From a virus, in IMG/VR virus record IMGVR_UViG_3300021963_000049, positions 52,689-116,688 of that record: 64,000 nucleotides of DNA; one strand, given 5' to 3'. The position numbers were made by a program, and so were the translations under genes. Numbering within the stretch: the stretch's first letter is position 1; each line of letters opens with the position of its first letter. Shown one piece after another: positions 59,501 through 64,000 of the stretch. Below the pieces are notes generated by a model, which did no database searches, was not told the DNA's origin, and worked only from the letters and a program-made list of their open reading frames with translations.

Positions 59501-60902
59501 AGATCCATATCAAGCTTATAATATGTTAGGTCATGGATTTGTTGGATCAACAAAAACAGCAGGTTCAGATATTCAAAAATTAGCAACTGCATTAAAGTAT
59601 AATGCTAAAGCTCCGGTAGGAGAATATTTATATCATGGTACTTCCTCAAGTAATTTAGATAATATTTTAAAAAATGGTTTAGATAACTCACTAGGAGCAC
59701 CAACTAATACAGGCGGTACAATGCCTGATGTATTAGGTGCTGGACAAACAACTGCAACTGGTGATTTAAACTATGCAAAAAATTTCTCAGATATATCATC
59801 ACAGTCATCTGGTGGAAACCCTGTATTAATAAGATTTAAAAATACTGAAGGATTAGATGTAGGATATATAGGTGCAAATAAAGCTGTTCCCGCAAAAGAA
59901 ATAGAATACAGTTTAGATGGAGGTAATACTTGGGTTAAGTCAGATGCATTAGATAATACTACATCAACTATTAAATCAGATGGTACAGCTGTAGTAGATA
60001 ATAAAACTCCTACATTTAAATCAGAAATAGATTGGGCTAAATGGAACCCTGACACTCCTAAGTACCCAGAGCTTATTAATGAATATAATGCAATAGAAGA
60101 GTCTACCAAGAAAGCTGGTACATGGATGAAAAATCCAGACGGTTCTACATTTCAAGGAACTCCAGAACAGTTTGTACAACAGCAAAGCAGTTGGTTTAAA
60201 AAAGCTTTTGGTGAATCAAAACTCATAGGCCCTGAAGGTAGTCCTATGTTTTTGTATCATGGTTCTGCTAAAAAGTTTGACACATTTGATCCTTCTAAAT
60301 TTCAATTAGGAGATGCAGGATATTCTGGAGCTGGTATATATACAACTCCTTCAAAAACAACAGCTAATAGTTATGCCACATCATCTGCCAAATTTCATTC
60401 TGGTGATATAGAACCTACAGTGTATCAACTTTATGGACAAGGTAATAGACCAATTAAATCATCTGATTTAATAAAAGAAAATCAAGGCAGAGATTTATTT
60501 AATTTTTACAGAGATAGAAACTGGAAAGGAGAACTATCTCCTTATGAAAGCTTAAGAGAATATGATGTAGCAGTATCTGATCAATTACCTAATGTTCAAA
60601 ACATTAGACCTTTGTATGATGCAAGAGAAATAGTTTTTCCAACAAACACACAACTTAAATCAGCAGTAGGTAATGTAGGATTTTTTGACATGACAAATCC
60701 TAATATTTATAAAAGTGTATTGCCATATATAATTGGTACTGGTGCTGCAGGAACACTATTAAATTCTAATGAGCAAACTGTTTCACCAAGTTATCAAGAA
60801 GAGGTACCAGGATTTAAAAGAGGAGGTTCAATAGTTTTAGAACTTACAGATAAAGAAATAGAGGAATATAAAAGAAAAGGTTACATAGTAGAAGAATACT
60901 AA
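56562..60902 (+). CDS. polyvalent cargo protein: SET domain + HExxH metallopeptidase + two ADP-ribosyltransferase-like domains
   Basis: SKIPGAGKGLF...NHS.EP...ANRDL.KGEEITTDY; MEHELFH; YLYHGTSS.NL..ILKNGL; FLYHGS.KKFDTFD...G..G.GIYTTP....A..YA. Confidence 0.8.
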   Translation: MSVKVSKSKIPGAGKGLFTTKPFAKGELIGLAHKDGQPVGNIGKMHNHSEEPTAYSVKLGNKRFVYANRDLDKGEEITTDYRMQPELEQPDDFKKGGSVPKLPKKKNAKAWSRSIEATNRLFTKNPLFEQPKSRKNKVYDPKAKYYQDGGELPDDYQEFLDYSATAPENRQPGPDYFYGNPDDYDHYGMWDALGKPKNFEEALQMNPDWTPDEYDGMYHGFSVNPNTGVFLKAGKPGGIKEGDTTWMEIAGHYLSPRAQVDTPVFDIDLQRFKYIPNKQNGGSKLGPILLNSGRFAAKKYPFGKFSGVFKKQEGGEPEYNNLPPTYLTALRNFIYPNVVADPRRTGHNALTNTISYDPESPIENVNNDWWMEHELFHELQNQAGGLSTSGIVGERPNQYVASDQAIQSYYDRRDADVNRVVDQMIAENPELQFIPRERLIEGSPAFVGAESLQYGDPTTLEGEARQYEQYIEAGNPSIFPQGPDNYVELELTPEEIDQYAKGGYIVEDISVPSLTRFQKGGKKKKKLNRDNYKYYKHPSAPGRTFAKDSKGNWKEVVNNELREIGYDPNYYLTPHVKELTEEEKKIALSPGMSQYNPKDLKEVQIKRQPTQMELYLKEYEDMNGYDSYMSNRAERYFKNSAYPGLDRAFGYRDLESLSQKIKDKWTAEYNRNKNTYATERYLRDYLGVDPDKRGQWVDKVSDTSSYEGKKILRTIANSEYGYKLKPNLFARFVGGLTETLNWINPINAAQNAYEYVTGTDYYNPTEIGNVLPDYLSEKEFEEITPLDVFAPAEYIPRVILNSTIEALDPNTDVSLNTISGYRNPNIRDEDEAVANIVSGVVQAPALVASLPSMVKSGANVAKKLLSSTDDAGKLIAQTENVAEAASDVRALNKVDELPGSVNSNAGVSNIKVQSNATPTNGSPGVLNSVSKTVSEKPVITTNNTTTFTNSEDYLNDLMTKYPISEEEAVKFIQEYSKTVGDPYQAYNMLGHGFVGSTKTAGSDIQKLATALKYNAKAPVGEYLYHGTSSSNLDNILKNGLDNSLGAPTNTGGTMPDVLGAGQTTATGDLNYAKNFSDISSQSSGGNPVLIRFKNTEGLDVGYIGANKAVPAKEIEYSLDGGNTWVKSDALDNTTSTIKSDGTAVVDNKTPTFKSEIDWAKWNPDTPKYPELINEYNAIEESTKKAGTWMKNPDGSTFQGTPEQFVQQQSSWFKKAFGESKLIGPEGSPMFLYHGSAKKFDTFDPSKFQLGDAGYSGAGIYTTPSKTTANSYATSSAKFHSGDIEPTVYQLYGQGNRPIKSSDLIKENQGRDLFNFYRDRNWKGELSPYESLREYDVAVSDQLPNVQNIRPLYDAREIVFPTNTQLKSAVGNVGFFDMTNPNIYKSVLPYIIGTGAAGTLLNSNEQTVSPSYQEEVPGFKRGGSIVLELTDKEIEEYKRKGYIVEEY

Positions 60903-60960
60903 ACTTTATAAGTTTACCCATTATTCTAAAATTTATTATATTTAATATATAACCAGTTGT

Positions 60961-63900
60961 ATGGATAAGAAAAAAGTAAGAATTTATAAAGCCCCAGATG
61001 GTAAAGGTAAATTCATAAACAAGACTGCAAAGTTTTTACAAAAGGCGCAGATAGGAGCTGAAGTTCAAATATCTGAGGAAGAACAATTGAATCAATATTT
61101 TAGTTATGCATATGAAAGACTAAAGAGAAATATAAAACCTGAAGTTGTATATTCTGATCTTATACAGTCTGGTGTATCACAGCAAGTTGCATATAATGTT
61201 CTTACAGAAACCATAAAGCAAATGGTTAACAGAGGTGAGCTTGATCCAGATTATATGGAAGAAGAAGAGCAACCTCAAGGTGAACAACAGCCACAAGCTA
61301 CTGGAGAAGAACAGCAAATGGCAAGTGATGAGGAAGCACAAAGAGCTCAACAAGATCAAGAACAGCAAGAGCTTATGCAATCAAACTCAGGATACTATGG
61401 TGAAGAAGAAGAGTATGCTGGAGATGATTCTTATTTAGATCAATCTTTTCAAGATGGTGGTTATACTCAATCACTAATGAATCAGTATGCTATGCAAAAT
61501 CAGGAGGCACAGCAATCTCCTAGCATGGAGGAACTTGTAGCAAAAACTCCGGGTATTCAAGAAGGTTTAGTATTTCCAGGAATAGAAGAATATTTACCAA
61601 ACTACAGTCCAATGGACTGGCAGAGCTTTGATGCTTTACAATCATCTTCTCAAGAAATGAAAAAGGGAGGAGCTACAAAGAAAAACTTTGTAAAGAATGT
61701 AATGGATCTTGTAAAGAAGCAAAGAGGTGGTGAAGAGGAAGCTCAATCTAAAACACATGGTAAGGGTAAAAGAATGGATACTCTAACCAATGATGTAGAG
61801 AAAAGAAAAACAAGTTTTGTAAATACATTAAGAGATGATGCTACTAAGGCTGCATCTGAAGAAATGTATGATCTAATGATGCAGAGTGGTAATCCAAAAT
61901 TAATGCAGATTGCAATGTCACCGGATGCCTCTCAGCAAGAGGCTCCTGAACAAATGATGCAGAGAGGAGGAGTACCAGGAATACCAACACCAAGAGAATA
62001 TAGAAAAGCTTATAGGCAAATGAAAAGAATGGTGCCTAGAGGTATTGATATATCAAGAGCAAATATTGGTACTGGATATTATGGTAGAAACCAAATGCCA
62101 GGATTCACTAGACCATATACTCAACAAGACATGATGGGCTTGCTTGGTTCTACTGCTGGTTCTATGGGATTACCTACTGGATCTATGATGGCTCCATCAG
62201 TATATGTTCAAGACACAGATTGGAGAGGAAGACCTAAACAATATATCATTGACTATACAGGTCAAATGGTTTCTAATATGAAACCTACTGGAGATGTAGT
62301 AAGAGAAGTAGCTAAAGAAGTAAACTCTCAAGCAGATCCTAGTGAGCCAGTTAATGCTAAAGATTCTGAGATCCTAAAGAATAATCCAAAAGAAACAAGT
62401 GTTGCTACTCAAGCAGATGCTGTTGTGTTACCTTTAGTAAAAAAAGATTTAACACCTCAAGATGTTCTTGCGCTAGATCCACTTAAACAAGCAAGACTTA
62501 ATGATGATATTGTTGAAACTATAGGAAAAAAAATCAGAAGAGGAGATGAAGCTGTTAAATCTAGTGTAGAACCAACTTCTCTTTCACAAGCTGAAATATC
62601 TTATACTCAACCATATTATGAATGGAGTGCACCATTTACACGCAGTGAATATGCTAATGCAGCAAAAAAATATGAAGGGTTTATAAATGCTTTAAGGCAT
62701 AAAGAAAACTTTGGTAAATATGATGAATTCTATGGTATTTATGATAATGACACATATAAGGCTTATAAAGATGCTAATATTAAAGAAGGTACTGAAGAGT
62801 ATGAAAAATTTTTATTAGATAAAGGGATTATTACTCCAAAAGAATTAGAAATTTATAAAGCTGGTGAAGCATACCTTACTAAAGATCCGGAAACTGGCTA
62901 TGAATATTCAGTTAATCCTGCTTATCAGTCTGGATTTATTGATAAAGGTGCAGCTGCATCATTACTTTCTCCAGCAAGCTTAGATAAATATAATCAAGCA
63001 CAACAGGCAACACAAAATTATTTTAATCAAGCAATTATATATGATATGTTCTCACCTGGAGAATTTGAACTTCTTCCAAATTTACCAATTAGACCTGTAG
63101 AACAATTTCCAATTGCAGAAAGACCAGAAATAATAAAAAGACAATATGGCGGTGCTAGCTCAGAAATGGGAGGTTTTGTAAGTCAGGAAAATCCATTATA
63201 TAAATTCATCTATGGAGGTGATGATGTTATGATGCCATATGATGACCAAGATCTACCAATGGCACAAAATGGTGGTGAAGAAGATGGTTTACCAGCATGG
63301 GCATCACCTCAGCAAAAAATGGATTATTATCAAAAATTACAAGGTGATTTAATAGAATCTTCTAATTATGATTATGAAACATATGAGAATACGGATGATG
63401 GTACAGGTACAGTAGTACTCCAAGGACCTGCAGGTGATCAAGATTATTATAAATCTTTACTTGATAAAGGCTGGGATAATCTTACTCAAAAAGAACTAGA
63501 AGAGTTAATGGAGGCAGGTGATTTAAAATCTTATACAAAAGATGGTAAAAAATATGAATATGTACAAAGTCCTAATGCAGGACTTTTTGAGGGCATTCCT
63601 GATATAGATTTAAGAAATAAACTTATGGGTTATAATGATTTATATTATTATAATCTACATCAAAATGAAGGTAATTATGCTCCAGGCTATAAATACACTT
63701 CAGGAGATATAACTTCAAAAGATGTTGAGTTGTACAATAAAATAATGCAAAATCAACCTGTTGAAGATAATAGTCTAGGTGATCAATCTGTGACAGATGA
63801 AACAGAAGTTTCAGAAGATTCAAAAGAAGTTTCAGAAGATGCAAAAAAAGAATCAGGAGTAGCCACAAGAAAAGCCCAGTTAAACTATGTACCTAGATAT

Positions 63901-64000
63901 AGAACAACTTCAGGTGGTTTATTTAGAACATTAGCTCCTTGGAATCCAATTGCAGGATATGCTGGATCTTGGGCAAAACAAATGACATTGCCATATATGG
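60961..64000 (+). CDS. large low-complexity cargo/ejection protein (runs off the window)
   Basis: Starts MDKKKVRIYKAPDG; frame checked at several points to the end; FQDGG, MKKGG, KQRGG, MQRGG, RQYGG, FIYGG, AQNGG motifs. Confidence 0.8.
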   Translation, partial: MDKKKVRIYKAPDGKGKFINKTAKFLQKAQIGAEVQISEEEQLNQYFSYAYERLKRNIKPEVVYSDLIQSGVSQQVAYNVLTETIKQMVNRGELDPDYMEEEEQPQGEQQPQATGEEQQMASDEEAQRAQQDQEQQELMQSNSGYYGEEEEYAGDDSYLDQSFQDGGYTQSLMNQYAMQNQEAQQSPSMEELVAKTPGIQEGLVFPGIEEYLPNYSPMDWQSFDALQSSSQEMKKGGATKKNFVKNVMDLVKKQRGGEEEAQSKTHGKGKRMDTLTNDVEKRKTSFVNTLRDDATKAASEEMYDLMMQSGNPKLMQIAMSPDASQQEAPEQMMQRGGVPGIPTPREYRKAYRQMKRMVPRGIDISRANIGTGYYGRNQMPGFTRPYTQQDMMGLLGSTAGSMGLPTGSMMAPSVYVQDTDWRGRPKQYIIDYTGQMVSNMKPTGDVVREVAKEVNSQADPSEPVNAKDSEILKNNPKETSVATQADAVVLPLVKKDLTPQDVLALDPLKQARLNDDIVETIGKKIRRGDEAVKSSVEPTSLSQAEISYTQPYYEWSAPFTRSEYANAAKKYEGFINALRHKENFGKYDEFYGIYDNDTYKAYKDANIKEGTEEYEKFLLDKGIITPKELEIYKAGEAYLTKDPETGYEYSVNPAYQSGFIDKGAAASLLSPASLDKYNQAQQATQNYFNQAIIYDMFSPGEFELLPNLPIRPVEQFPIAERPEIIKRQYGGASSEMGGFVSQENPLYKFIYGGDDVMMPYDDQDLPMAQNGGEEDGLPAWASPQQKMDYYQKLQGDLIESSNYDYETYENTDDGTGTVVLQGPAGDQDYYKSLLDKGWDNLTQKELEELMEAGDLKSYTKDGKKYEYVQSPNAGLFEGIPDIDLRNKLMGYNDLYYYNLHQNEGNYAPGYKYTSGDITSKDVELYNKIMQNQPVEDNSLGDQSVTDETEVSEDSKEVSEDAKKESGVATRKAQLNYVPRYRTTSGGLFRTLAPWNPIAGYAGSWAKQMTLPYM

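Noticed and set aside
16026-63868. Numerous antisense or alternate-frame ORFs in the track (for example 16026-, 28627+, 38151-, 49613-, 59021-, 63623-)
   Set aside because: They lie within better-supported genes and have shadow-ORF composition
1-64000. Stop-codon reassignment, as in some gut crAss-like phages
   Set aside because: Long genes are intact in the standard code, TAG and TGA end genes at sensible positions (for example the portal TAG), and no suppressor tRNA was seen
60961-64000. Virion RNA polymerase subunit
   Set aside because: No DxDxD catalytic motif was noticed in the visible part; it may lie beyond the window

Overview
A 64 kb, AT-rich, strongly CpG-depleted piece of a tailed dsDNA phage genome with crAss-like (Crassvirales-type) gene order. 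The host is probably a member of Bacteroidota: TAnnTTTG promoters and A-rich leaders without Shine-Dalgarno sequences. The standard genetic code fits. There are two divergent arms that switch strand at a G-rich island near 15.7 kb. The left arm (1-15.6 kb, minus strand) has small early/replication genes (SF2 helicase, HNH nuclease, ClpS, spore photoproduct lyase-like radical SAM protein), a tRNA-Arg(UCU), a cluster of structured non-coding elements, an iteron-like region and repeated CTAACCC promoter-like motifs. The right arm (15.9-64 kb, plus strand) has anti-defence/chaperone genes, fibre genes, a lysis cassette, terminase, portal, scaffold-like protein, major capsid protein, a cluster of very basic small proteins with two homing endonucleases, Cys-rich structural proteins, tail ring and muzzle proteins, and large cargo proteins. 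The most notable observations are: (1) a 3'-UTR hairpin whose loop is the exact antisense of a motif at the start codons of several genes, plus several ORF-less promoter-terminator units, suggesting an sRNA system; (2) a [M/F/Y/K]xxGG motif shared by basic core-like proteins and a polyvalent SET + zincin + two ADP-ribosyltransferase protein; (3) two homing endonucleases that captured the N- and C-termini of the same small gene; (4) a non-coding RNA cluster with a covarying pseudoknot repeat and a tRNA-like element. All functional calls come from motif recognition by eye; no searches were run.
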